Source: Magallana gigas
Taxonomy: Eukaryota
Direction of reading: 5' to 3'
Assembly: GCF_963853765.1 (NCBI RefSeq)
Contig: NC_088860.1
Coordinates: 48,298,001-48,362,000 of the forward strand
DNA: 64,000 bases
Positions 49,401-62,797 of this stretch are shown here, piece by piece. Under the pieces are notes generated by a model. The model searched no databases. It saw nothing but the letters and a program-made list of their open reading frames with translations, and was not told where the DNA came from. Each line of letters starts with the position of its first letter. The first letter of the stretch is position 1. A program made the translations under genes and the position numbers.

Positions 49401-52400
49401 ATCTCCTATCAGCCATTAAACCACCAAGTTTTTGAACTTGATATTTTGCAGTTAGAATGCTTTTAGTTCTATCAATAAACTTCATCAATTTTTGAAGAAA
49501 AAAATCTGAATCCACTCTCACTGTTATGTGATTCAAAATGTGTTGTTTTTCCAAAATGCCTCACTGCTCCCAGCAGGGGACTGACATTGAGATACTGATT
49601 ATTAATTAATATTTATTAATTAATAATAGAACATGTATAGGTTTACTATATCTTCTTAGATTCTGCAGTCATTAGACTGTTTGGTAGGAGGGGACTGATT
49701 TGGGGGTGGGGCCAGACATTTGGCTGTTTTTACCTGCAAAGTATTGCTCTGACCATTGAGTCCAGTGTAACTTGGACCACAACATTCCATATCTATTTAA
49801 ATTTGTTTGGAAAGTCTACCAGTGTAAAAGCTTATTTAATTTAATTGCCTCTATGTTTCACTTCATTTTGAACTTTTGGCCACTGTTTCAAAATAAGTAA
49901 ATGAATCAATAGGTTCCCAATTAAAATGCTGAAATTTCTGGTTTGAACTAGATAAGTCTTGAAGTCTAGATAAGTCTTGCAGAAGCAGCATCAAATAGCC
50001 ACCATAGAGTTCTGTATGGGTTACTATCTATAGAGCACGATATTGATCAGAAACCAATGAAAGCTGCCTGCATTCCCCAGCCTCATTTCCCCATTGTCTC
50101 TGAGGGGTAATAAACGGGGAAATAAACGACAATTATGGGCAGGAGTTTGGGCGATATTGACCAGTGCCCATCCATGTTCTGTGTGATGATGCCAGCAGCC
50201 ATGATACTGTGTGTAAACTAATCAACTGTCATGATGGCCAGACTGTTTACACCTCTATCCCACGGGGCTTGTTGTAGAACATTGGGGAGGGGGCAGGGTA
50301 TCCAACAACGTCTATAACCTGTTTCTCCTATTCAGAGGTTGGGAAGGATGGTATTAATCAAACGGCTTCTCTAAATCAGAATCTCCTGAAGAAGAGCAAG
50401 TCATAAGGTAGCCAAAATTGTTAACCAAAAGCCGGAGGTAGATTGTCAATTGTTTTATCACTAGGTTACAGTGTACTAAAACAGAAACCAACACTGTGTT
50501 GGGTTTCACAATTATAGGCATATTTATCTTGAACAATTTGCTGTAACAGATAAAGGACAAGTGTAGCAAATCAGAACAAGTTATGTTACAATGGGACTGT
50601 TTGAGTTTTGATAAAGATAAAGCTGATTATTAATGTGTTCTGCCTCTTGTATCGTAAAAAAGTAGGCCATGTCAATATTTTGAATTTTGTATTAACAATG
50701 CTAACCTGATAAAAACAGAAAATGGGTCAAACAAACTTACAATAACATGAAAACTTCTTGTGAAATAAATTTTCATCAGAAATTTTCCATATTTTAGTTA
50801 CTTGTCGCATCTTAATCTCTGTCAATGTACAAAAATATTCCAAGGAATCTGCAGCCACATGAATTGACCATAGTCATCAAGTTAAGATTGATGGGGAGAA
50901 GAGAAATTACCCAAATCAGGAATTGACTCTCCCAGATGTAGCTTAAAAGAGTTGTATAGAAGAAATCTCATTGAACCCTGAACCCCCTAGATACAAGACG
51001 ACCCAAAACCCATTTCCACTTTCAATTGGGGTAGGAAGGACAGAAATTTTATGTGTTTGCGGTAGGACTGGCCAGTAGTGAAATGACCGCTGGACTGTGG
51101 ACTGTGGTCAACTCTTCCAGAGAGCAATGACTGGAGAACACAAACATCTGTTTTAAATTCCCTTGTTTTTCTGTAAACAGAACGGATGGCCTTAAACTCA
51201 CCGCTGTGGTTCATTCTGTGTTTGTACAGTATAGGACATTTACTTGTTATTTGAGTATGAAAGCATTCAATGTATATCCTGCTAGAAGAAGCTTCAGTGC
51301 TTTGTCCGGTAGAAATAGTCCCATTGTATTGTGACATCATTGTATTCCATGTAGTACTGCAGGGGGGGTCAGTAACCCCTCCCCCAAAACAACAAGCCCG
51401 GTGCTGACAGCCGCGGCCTATGTAATCCTCACGCCCTGTTACTAGCGACCTCGTCCTGGCTAAATGTAGAGCAACGACCGACCGATCCGAGCTTACCAAG
51501 TGATCTGTGTATTAGGCCTTTACTCTCTCCGTTAGTCCTTCACTTTGTGTTAGCCTTCCTTATTACGACTGCTGCAATACAAGGAGAGCTAGGTCCAGGA
51601 CTACTATAGTTTGTAGTTGTCTTCTTTTTGCAAAAATTGCAACCAATTATCATTATATATGCAGTGCAAGTTCATGTTGCACTGTATGTGCATGTCTTCA
51701 GATTCTAATTTTAGTTTTTTCGAGTTATTTCCCAAGTTATTTCTAACATGCTTTACATGTTATTGTTTTCTCCAATCGACAAAATATTAGCAAAGCCAAA
51801 TCACTTAGCTCTGGGTGGAGAAGTATTTTTTGTGTACAAAGAACTTTCTAAAATTATCTTTTCCTGTCCATACCAAATTCAGTCTGATTTAAACCCTTGA
51901 AGTGTAAGTTTGAATGAACCACTTTGTTAGCTAGTTCAGTTTGAGATTATATCAATGTTACGTAGCATTCCAGAATAGTTGAACAGTGTTTGGACTTGAG
52001 GGTGTAGTCAAAATTCTGATTTTTTGTTGTTTTTCTATGTTGTTCTCCTTCAGTTGAAAACAAAAACAAAGTCATCATGAGTAAGTGTTTGAGAAATGTT
52101 CCATGTATTTGAGTTATTCCTGCAGTGACTGCTATTATATCATATTCATTGTAAGTAAACGTAGATAATGTGCAATCATAATCAATGCAATATTGTGACT
52201 TGTTATTCGGGATAATATTTTCCCGATCTTGGACTTTTGACACGGTTTGATATCTGGATTTTTTGGCACACAGAGTGCGTCAGCGTCGCGGACACTTTGT
52301 CAGGCCCGTGTTGATTCGTTATCTTCTGTAAACTTGTTCTATCGCCGGCTTGACATGATATTTGTCTGATTGCACTGCAATGCTATTCTAGAAATTTGAC

Positions 52401-52911
52401 GTGAGACATATCTAGAATACTTACTGATAAAAAGAAAGTAAAAGGCATTTCTGACTGAATAATTTAGTACTAATTTTGAAATTGTCACTCACTTTACCTT
52501 ATAAGGAAACAACAGATTTAATTAAGCAGACATTCTGCTCATTCATCATTTCATGATTCAACTGATTTTGAACCAAAAATATCACTAATGTGGGAATCTA
52601 TTTTGATATGCATTATACTTTTTATTGCATTTTTTAGATTTAAAAAAAAAATGAATGATTTGCTAATTTTGATGTCTTTTCTGCCCACCTTAGATCAAAG
52701 AGAGTTCGGTAAGTGTTTTGTGTTGGAGTCTGTCCTGACCATGCTGGTAAAACAGTAGATTAAACGTACATCACATAATTCTACTCATTATGTCATGGTT
52801 TAATCCTTTCTTGAATCACTTCTTTTTTCACTCAATATTTTTTCTTCTTTCACTCCTGTTGTGTTGGACTTTGACACATCTATTAATTAAATCAATGTGT
52901 GAAACTGACTT

Positions 52912-52972
<61 letters not shown>
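52912..52972. repeat. (GA)n microsatellite
   Basis: ~30 GA units; further GA-rich tracts to ~53235. Confidence 0.95.
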
Positions 52973-52978
<6 letters not shown>

Positions 52979-55461
52979 AAAATAGAGAGAACAATGAGAA
53001 CACAAAACAGTAACAGAGGAAAAAATCATTAAGAGAGAAACATAGACAAACCAAAGAAAGAAAGAAACAGCAAAATATCAGAAATAGAATTGGTGATGAA
53101 GAAAGGTAGTTTATTGACCTATAGAGTGAGAGAGAGAAAAGACATGCTCCACTGAAAGAAATATAGGATACACTGACAAATCAGAGAGACACACAGACAA
53201 ACCAGAGAGAGAGAGAGAGAGAAGAGAGAGTAGGGAGAAAGGATATATTAACCTCACAGACAGTGGAAGGGAGAAGTTCCTGTTTCACAGTCAGAGACAC
53301 AGAGCATTCACACTCAGTGTGTGGAAATTGGTTTTCTGTGGATGTCATTCACCTGTAATGGAGCGTAGTACTTAGATACATCTTATTCACACACACTAAT
53401 CCAATACATCCATGTGCAGTAATCCCCCTTCCACTTCATGCTGTCAACTTCTTTTATATTCCTTTTGCTTTTGGGGACTTTATCTGTTGTTTATGGTAAA
53501 ACACGGGGGATTGGAAAGAAGCTTATAAAGCCATTCACACAGTCGATTCTAAATATAGGTCACTGACCAGACGGCCAAATGCACAGAGGAGTTTTTTATA
53601 AAGTAAAAAATGTCTATTTACAAATACATTTAAAATTTCTTCAGCTGAATGTACATTTCATATTTTATCCAGTTTGAATAAGCAGCTTATAGATATATAT
53701 TTAGAATGAGTGAAATATTTGGCAGTGTAAGGATTTAATTTGTAATGGTTTTCATGATATTTGATTGATGACTCTAGCTGCCCTGACTTGTAATATAAAT
53801 TGACGGACCACATCCCAGGGATGTCTTCAGGTGTAGGGTAGATCCTCCCGGATACACAGTGCATCTATTTATAGCGCATACAGTTGTACGAGGCAGTGAC
53901 TCACCAATTTCCGAGTGGTGTGGTGAGGCGACTGACTATTCTCGTGCTACGATTTCCTGAAATTTTTTAACAACGCCCCGAAGTCACACCACTGAGAAAG
54001 TCCTCTGTTATTGAGGAGTTAGAAGTATGTGGGCACAACAGTCATCACTGCAGAATTAGAATGCGACCATTGATCTGGACGCTTTATGTCACTGGGTGGA
54101 TCTTCTTATTTGTTGTTCATTGTATGGAGATTGTTTTCGTCAAATTGTTTGTTTTTTCCACTTTTGAAAATCTCACACACACACATATTAATAAAAAAGG
54201 GGTGGGGGTACTGAATATTGAAATTGTTACTGCGTGCTCTGAAAGGCTGCTCTAATTAAACAGAGAGGAAATGTAAAAGACCTGATGGATCGCATAAATG
54301 TATGTTTGACACTTTATAATGAAGTGTTTCGTTAACCTGAGCGATGGGTCTTTTGATGCCAGCGGTTCTGTTTGATGTCCGATTTGCTCTGATTCAGGCA
54401 ACTAATGTCGGGAACAACCACACAGTTGTATGCAAGATCAAATCATTTCAAATTCAAATCATAGGAGAAAAAAAAGAAGAAAAACAAAACCAAAAAAGAA
54501 TGACACAATAGCTAGCAGCACAGGGTTTTTTTCTGATTTATCGCATGGCTCAGATATAATTCAGGTCTTGTGATATAAATAGATCCGAATTCTCCGCTGT
54601 TATTGTAGTGATTGAGAAATTGAAAACAACCTCTCATCTGCGCTGTTATTTCACTGGTTTGGATGGATCCAGTATTGATTATGCAAATGTACCTCTCCAT
54701 TTCCATTGAGAAGATGTAATATGTTGATTATATCATTTTGAACAATGCATGTCTTGGTTTGTAATTCAGCTGAGAGGATTGCATATGTATTAAAGTTCTA
54801 AATCTTGACCAAATGTGCAGGGACTTGTCACAGATAATTTCAGATAAGAATATTAAACTGTACATGTAATTAATAAGCTTTCTGGGCTGCAATTTATTTT
54901 GTCGTTGAGGAATTAATTTACATACATTTACCATTTTAATTTTTTCTGTTCAGATAAAAAGTTGAATTAACATGTTGAAATGTAATGCAAAATGTCAATA
55001 TTTTGCTTTGCAGTGTTTTTTGTTTATTATCTGGTGAGCAGATAGTTGTCATGAATATTCATGAGGTATGAGTCATTGATTGGTTGGTGGTCCTGTAGGC
55101 TCCACCCCTTCCATGTCTTTGAGGGTTTTGATATATATAGAACCGGAGCTCCATGTTTGTGTATCCATTGTGAACTACCTGTGCAGTTGATGAAAGCTAT
55201 AGCTACTCATTTATTGGCATATGCTGCAGACATCTAACATCTACAAGACTTATATATCTGCCAACAGACACTGAATGTAAAGTGAAAGCGAAACACTTGA
55301 GAGGATTTTCCTAAAGCGAAGTACTGATTTCACAACAACGGAAAATTTTAAAAATCTATATATAGCCCTTTTCTAGAAACTGACTTAAGACTGATATAGA
55401 AAGTGATTGGAACCAGTTTATAGATCAGAGACAGTGATCAGGGTCAGTAAGGCTGTAGACA

Positions 55462-55613
55462 ATGTGCACAGTAGGGATGTTTCTACCCGAGATGGACCAC
55501 TCAATATCCCATCAAAAGGAATCCCTGTTTAAATACTTGGAACTGCATTCTCTAAAGAGCAATTACGAGGACAGTCTTCTGTTGAACTCTATTACTTACC
55601 TACAGAGCTGTTG
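55462..55613 (+). CDS. TSC22D1: Candidate alternative first coding exon (MCTVGMFLPEMDHSISHQKESLFKYLELHSLKSNYEDSLLLNSITYLQSC)
   Basis: In-frame upstream TAG at 55456; three in-frame ATGs (55462, 55477, 55492); ends TGT TG|GTAAGT, phase 2. Confidence 0.55.
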
Positions 55614-56910
55614 GTAAGTACATCACCATCCTGGAGAGAGAGAGAGGAGAGAGAGAGAGTGTGTGTGTGTGTCCAACAGTCCCCACCAACCTGCCAGTCA
55701 GTTTTCATTCCCTGACCACCTGTGTTCATTCATCACAAAGCAAATCATCACCCGTTAACACCTATTCTTATACTATGATCATGATTTATGTGGATTAGGT
55801 TATAACATGGTCAGAGGTTAACCCTGAAAATACCCAGGTCTTTCTCCGTCCATCAATGATTTGAGCAGCCTGTAATTGCGGACATCTATTTTTCTTTTTT
55901 CTCTCTTTATTTTTTGGCGGGGGGGGGGGGGGGGGGTGATTTTGGGGGAGATGATTTTTTTTTGTTGCCCTAATTCTGCTGATATCAACGGTGATTGTTG
56001 TCAAATCTCTGCAAAGAATTCAGAGAAGTGGACAGGGGCAAGAGAGATTTACCCTATTTTGACGAGTGCACCCTGAAATGTCATAGAGAACCCACATCAA
56101 TACATTTAATGGCGGCTTATATCCCCCAGAATAATGCTTCTCTCTGCAGTCTTCTTCGTGTAAAGTTTTCTTTGTTCTTTCTGGGTTCTGTTTCCATCTG
56201 TAATGTTAACTTGTCTGGAAAAGAAAGGTAAAGAGGCGATGCATTAACAGCCACATCAGTTCCAGCTATTGATCTCGTCTCTTTATGTCTGCCACTAGTT
56301 GTACAACTATTCCATTCAGTGGAAATTTCCCGTCTTAGAGCACAATTGATGCTTTTTCCTGAAGTTCTTGTTTAGGTTTGTGTCAGGTGACCCAGATACA
56401 CCGCTATGTAGAAGGTCGTTCAGACAGATTTAAATTGCGTATCATACAAGATCGTATATCTAAGATACTAGCAATATTTTCTACCAATTCTCGGACAAAA
56501 ATATTGTTCTGTTTTTGGAAAAATATTTGACCTATTTATTAGCTGATGTATACACATCATCAAGTCATGCTGAATTTCTTTATAAATATAGGGATGCATT
56601 ATTTGTTCTTTACATTGTCATTCTGAATTGAAGAGAGTTTATTTACTTGACACTGAAGTGTCATTACGGATTTACTGTTCAGGTGAGTACAGTGATAAAT
56701 TAGACACAAAGAACCCCATCAGGACTGTTGGTCTCTATAGCTGTACAATATTGATGTTATATTGATCATGGGCTGTTTTCTGTCAGGTATTGGGTTTATG
56801 TATGTAAATATTATAGTTTTATGCCTAGTGTCTTTGGCCTGTCTCCTAGTTGCCCAGAGTTGTATGGGCTATGGTACTGGTACATGTATTTGTTCAGTGT
56901 TATGTAGAAA

Positions 56911-57110
56911 GATGGGTCTATCGTGGCCCGTATGGGTCTATCGTGGCCCGGATGGGTCTATCGTGGCCCGTATGGGTCTATCGTGGCCCAGATGGGTCTA
57001 TCGTTGCCCGGATGGGTCTGTCGTGGCCCAGATGGGTCTATCGTTGCCCGGATGGGTCTGTCGTGGCCCGGATGGGTCTATCATGGCCCGGATGGGTCTG
57101 TCGTGGCCCG
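56911..57110. repeat. 20-bp minisatellite x10 (GATGGGTCTATCGTGGCCCG)
   Basis: Exact 20-bp periodicity visible. Confidence 0.97.
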
Positions 57111-60100
57111 TGACTTGAGGAAGTGGTTTATTATTGATACACAGTTTGACTTCCGCTCTCTGAGAGAGACCTCTGTGAATTATGGATGATCTTGTGCGAG
57201 GATTATCAGGAACTTAGTTCCATTGGGCGTAACTTTTTACTTGTGCAGTGTGCACCTGATGGACCCCTAGATAAGTGTGTTGTACTCTGCAAAGCAGGGA
57301 GTCGTATGAAGGTATTGCCCAAGTCTCCTTGAAATGACTTTATGAGAAGATTTTCTAGGAACTCAAGGTGTATGAAGCCTGATCGTGTTCAGACTTTAAA
57401 GAAACTCTCTGCTGTGTTTAATGGTCTACCTCCCAGCCAGAGGGAGAAAGATGGAGGCTATAATTAGATGTGTTTTATCTAGACTGGGATATTATCTGGC
57501 AAAAGTTTCATCACTTAGTTCTAAATGTAAAATAAGGCCACGACTCCCTTGCATTAAACAGGATTTGCTATGTATTTATGCTTTATTATAAGTGTTGAAT
57601 TATTCCAAAACAATTTTTTGTGACGTTTGTTGGATCTAGAGAACAATAGACCTGTAAGCTCATTAAGAATGATTTTATGATTTGAATATATTTTATTCAT
57701 GTTTTAATTAATACAACAAAAATAAAACACTCATTGATCAAAGGCTCAAAGCAGTTAATGTGACGCAGACTATATATAAACACTGCACTCTGATCACTCA
57801 TTGTTTTCCTACCGAGAAAATAAAAAAAAATCTGTTTTTTTTTACCCAGACACTAAACAAAATCGTTTTCCTACAAAGAAATTTAAGAAATTAATAGGTG
57901 ACAAAGATTGCAGCCAAGTCTTCATATCGATATCAGATAGTATTCATAGCAATAGCAGGTAAAACAGGTATGCTGCCTAATCCCTGCGATATAATCACTG
58001 TGACCTAATGCATTCAGTAATGAGTTGTAAGGCAGTTAGTCGCTGCTCTTGTGTCAATAAGTATAACAGGAGATTTAACGGAATTACCAAATGCCTGGAA
58101 TTACTGATTGCTTTGTAATGGTTTAAAAACTTGAAATATGGGACAAAGTTCCCCCGAGTGCTACTCCGAAAAAATGTCAAACATTGCAGTGATGTAGGAC
58201 AAATTAATACTGGATCTTAATCGTTATACTGTGCTGATGTATTGCTGGCCAGTAGTATCTATACAATACCTGTATCTGTGTATACATGGAACAAAGTGCT
58301 GTCATTATTGACAGCAGGTCAAAGTACAACTATTTAGAAAAAATTTTAGATATAGAGAAATGATTTATCAGGTCACAATAGTACTGTTTTTAATATGGAG
58401 TCAGTTTATGGTGGCTTTGGAATATTTCTTTGATGTTAAAGTTATCAGGGTTTGTTTTGTAGACCTGGGGTAGCTATTATGTAGACCAGGTAGCCGGCCT
58501 TGGATCAGTGTAAATTGGAAATTAGCTGCCTTCAAGGCCACATAGCACAAACAGTTTGACCCGGACACCTGTAAAGTCTGGCCGCCACAAACTACCTTGG
58601 TCAGCAGAAATATGCTGACCACCTCACAGCCAATCAGAACTCTTAAATAGGGTCAATGTTTGTCCACTCTCTCAGCCCAAGGATTAGTTGTTTTTTGACC
58701 TTCAGAATTTTAAACTTTTATTAGATATGTTCAATGTATTGATTTAGTGAAACCTTGGAATCATAGATGTGTTCAGAGAGAAGGGTAAATGGAGGCTAAT
58801 GAAGGCCCAGGCAGGGGGATTCCTACATTAATTGTACACACTCTTGTTAGCTCTCTGAATTCTGACAGGTAGAAATGATGGATTCCCTTACCTCTGCCCT
58901 AGTCTGTTCTGAATTATGGATTATGCAGCCTACCTGTACATCAGCCTACCTGTAGATCATCTCAGTGGCCATTACCCACACACTGACCTATATTTAGACC
59001 CCAAGTCCAGCGCTGACCGGAGGTGACCAGGCTATATAGAGGATATAGATGGTGCTTGTAGGTATGAAACAGACATAAAGGGTTCTAGGCCTGTCACCTT
59101 TATGTAGGTCGTTCAGTGAACAGGAATATTAATGGGCTGTGGAGTGATGTTAATTGCCCCCTGACTAGCTTGTGCTGGGGACGGACCAGTTTAGGCTGGA
59201 TTTGTGATAGCAGGAAATGATTCTCCCACCATTAATGAATGGGTAATATCCCTAGAGCCCGTGTCTGACCATCACACTGACTCAGTACTCAAGTAGGGCC
59301 TGCTCAAACAGCTCATAAAATTGTAATAGTGGAATTAACAATAGCTTTTAGAATAACAGCTGATATTGACCAAAATTTCAGCAAAATGCAAAAATGATTT
59401 GTAATTTAAAGTATGTGTATTAATAAAGACACAATAATAGTTGGGCAATTTCTGCACAACAAAAGAAACAACAAGAGCAAAATGTTTCTCTTTTGTTGAT
59501 TGATTTGATAAAAGCTTTTGTGTGTACCACATGGTTGGTAACTGTTTGGCTGTACAGCAAAAATAATGTGGCTGAGAGAGAACATAATATATAGGAGAAC
59601 AAAATGTAGTAATGGTTCAACGCTTGATTTAATGATAACGCCCAGAGAATGCAACACAAAAAATAATGGCTTAATGCTATAATGATTAAGTGATAAACAA
59701 CTCGAAGGTCAGTGAAACTAGAACCGGAATCATCCAGAGGAGGGGGTGGGGGGTGCTGACCCAGGGCAAATACTATTGACAATGCTGGAGTAACTACTCC
59801 ACACAAACACTTCACTCTGGCCTTGTCCGCAGGTGCCCTCTGACGACCTTTAAACACGTGGGGGCCCCCTGCACTCCTCTCTCTACACGTGTCAGCCTGG
59901 TCAGTTGTGTGTGAGTGGCCACTAGTAGATAATTGATGGACATTGTCTGCTGAAGTTCACATAGTCTGTATGAATGTTCACTTGCTGACATTGCAATGAT
60001 GCAAAAAAGACACAATTTTTAAATACCCACATATCCTCCTTAAATGTAATGACGTTGATTTCATAAGGATTTACAGAATCTTATTGATGGAAGAGTTAAT

Positions 60101-61313
60101 CCTTCTTTAATGAGAGCATATATATATACACGTAATGTATAAAAGCAGATATAAAGGTAGTAAACAACTTGTGGCTTTGAAAGAGGTTCAAAGCAAGGAG
60201 AAGCATTATGTAAATGCTCTATTCTTTGAACTTTTCTTTTGTGTGAATTTGCTGAGCTGTATTGTTTATTAAAGGGAATCCTGTTATAGCAAACAATTTT
60301 CACTGATCAACACAGGGGTGTACAGATCAATGTCAAGGTCGGATCTCAAAGGGCGTTCAACTCCAACAGCTGATCAGGCAGCAGGGAGGAGTTGTGTGGA
60401 GACCTTGAACAGAGACCGGTAAACAAGCCTTGCTGAGCCCCGCTATATTTATAGCCCCACTTCTGAGGACAAACCAGTCACTGCTTATCTATTACTGTAG
60501 CCGGACACTCGCTGGTCATATCTCTCTGTGTAAAGAGCGGGGATTAGGGCGAAGGTCTCTCACAGTAATTAACGGATCTGGTTTGCGCTAGTCCTGGAGC
60601 GGAAGTAGACAATGGTATATATAACCTCACCGGTCGCCCAGGAATCCGTCATTCAGCCTGTCATTCAGCGCTCGGCGAGTCTAGTTAGCTGGCTTTGGAT
60701 AGCTCTGTGTTCAGACATGGATTCTCTTCTTAGTGCCCCCTTGTGCAAAGAAAAAAGCAAGCAAGAGAAAATCTTGATTTTACGGGAGATGCGCACAATC
60801 CTACAACTCTTCATGTGCTTTGAGTGTGTATTTTTTTTAATTTTGGATATTTTGTTTTAAGTTTATTTTCTTTGAGATGGGCTTAAGTTTGTCTCTGGGT
60901 TTGTTATTGAAAAGTAAAAGATTTGGGGTTACACCCAATAAGACAAAAAAACTAACCAAAAAAAATTAAAATTACTAGATTTTGTGATAACAGCAAACAC
61001 AACAAAGCCTTTAGTTAGTTAGCATAGAGTGATTGCTGTTATAATATGCTAACTAGCCCAACATTTGCCTCATATGTGGCATTTCTGTACCACACTGGGG
61101 GGAAATCCCCTCCGTAAACATCTCCCGACTGTCAGCTCTGATTGAAGCGTTGACAGTTTGATGATGTTCTGGTGACATTTCTGCTACAAGGAAGTTGCAT
61201 TGTATAAACCGGGTCTTATAAATACTTAGACTCAGATGAAAGTGTTACTCAGTACATTTTAAAAGTCTCAGTGAGATTGTAAGTTAATGAGTGTTATTTT
61301 TCTGTCTTTGTAG

Positions 61314-61359
61314 TGGTTCAAGTACCGTGGCCATCGACAACAAGATAGAACAAGCAATG
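61314..61359 (+). CDS. TSC22D1: TSC22 shared exon 2 (S-GSSTVAIDNKIEQAM)
   Basis: Acceptor TTTTTCTGTCTTTGTAG, 46 nt, donor ATG|GTGAGT. Contains the invariant VAIDNKIEQAM of the TSC box. Confidence 0.95.
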
Positions 61360-61366
61360 GTGAGTA

Positions 61367-61838
61367 TTACTCAGTACATACACGTTATATATACCAACTC
61401 ATCTCTCATTTACTCAGTACATACACGTTATATATACCAACTCATCTCTCATTTACTCAGTACATACACGTTATATATACCAACTCATCTCTCATTTACT
61501 CAGTACATACACGTTATATATACCAACTCATCTCTCATTTACTCAGTACATACACGTTATATATACCAACTCATCTCTCATTTACTCAGTACATACACGT
61601 TATATATACCAACTCATCTCTCATTTACTCAGTACATACACGTTATATATACCAACTCATCTCTCATTTACTCAGTACATACAGTTATATATACCAACTC
61701 ATCTCTCATTTACTCAGTACATACAGTTATATATACCAACTCATCTCTCATTTACTCAGTACATACAGTTATATATACCAACTCATCTCTCATTTACTCA
61801 GTACATACACGTTATATATACCAACTCATCTCTCATTT
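61367..61838. repeat. 43-bp minisatellite x11 starting immediately after the exon-2 donor
   Basis: TTACTCAGTACATACACGTTATATATACCAACTCATCTCTCAT starts at 61367, 61410 and 61453; some units are 42 bp. Confidence 0.97.
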
Positions 61839-62602
61839 ATTAATCAGTCTTTGATAGGTAAAAATAGAACAAAACAATGAACAATTTTAATTTGAATAAG
61901 ACTTGTCTTAGTCCTCAAATTAAAATGAGAAAGGTTCACATATATGAAAAAAAAACCACAAACATAACTTTAAAAATATCACGGTGTTAGAGAATTGTAA
62001 ACATCAGATGTGTGCAGAATGTTGTTGAAGCCCTGCAGAGATGTGAATTTTATTGCCCATTCTGCAACACTGTGACTTCCTGATGTAATTGTTGCCATGG
62101 CAATAACCAGTCATCCAGTATTTTTTATGAGTAATGTTTTGCTAGGTTTTTTTTTTTTATAGTTTTTGTTTTGTTTTATTTTTGTTGACTATGAAAGTGC
62201 CAATTACATGACGAATTGTTTAAATTTTTTATTATAACTAGATTGATATTTATGCATTCTTTGGTGCTTCAATTTTATTTTTTCTTTAGTTATTTTGTCT
62301 GTATTTTTAAGGACAGATCTTATTTATTTATATGCAGGACAATTGTTGAAACACATTGTGTGTGTAAGGGAATGGGGGGATAATATATGATTAGGCAGAT
62401 CATTGACAGGGGAACTTTCTGTACTGATGTAATACCCACATGCTCCTAAAAATAAAGAGTCGATGATGATGTAAGCAATGCTAAATGAAACAAATACACT
62501 GTGAACAGTTGTATGATAAGTAATGCAAGGAGGATTAGACTTCATTACATATATAAATATAGCAATAATGCGTGGTTCATGACAATCTTTGTTTGTTTCC
62601 AG

Positions 62603-62797
62603 GACTTGGTAAAGAGCCATTTGATGTACGCCGTCAGAGAAGAGGTGGAGGTTCTCAAAGAACAGATCAAGGAACTCATCGAGAAGAACTCGCAACTCGA
62701 GCACGAGAACAACATCCTGAAGGCGGCCGCGAGTCCGGAGACACTGACCCTGCTGAGTCAGCCTCGCCAGCCCCCACCCCCATCCTCATCGTCATGA
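62603..62797 (+). CDS. TSC22D1: TSC22 final coding exon (TSC box + leucine zipper)
   Basis: Acceptor TTTGTTTCCAG, then [48 protein letters not shown]...SSSS*. Exons 1457+46+195 = 1698 nt = 565 aa + stop. Confidence 0.96.
   Translation, partial: DLVKSHLMYAVREEVEVLKEQIKELIEKNSQLEHENNILKAAASPETLTLLSQPRQPPPPSSSS

Noticed and set aside
50987-51499. 170-aa antisense ORF inside the TSC22 intron
   Set aside because: Non-ATG start, no recognisable domain and no clear splice signals; length is within chance range, though the region may be regulatory.
56762-57189. ORFs with WVYRGPDGS repeats
   Set aside because: Products of the 20-bp minisatellite.
61291-61854. 187-aa ORF containing AIDNKIEQAM
   Set aside because: Read-through of the 46-nt TSC22 exon into the intronic 43-bp repeat; the start is GTG within the acceptor region.
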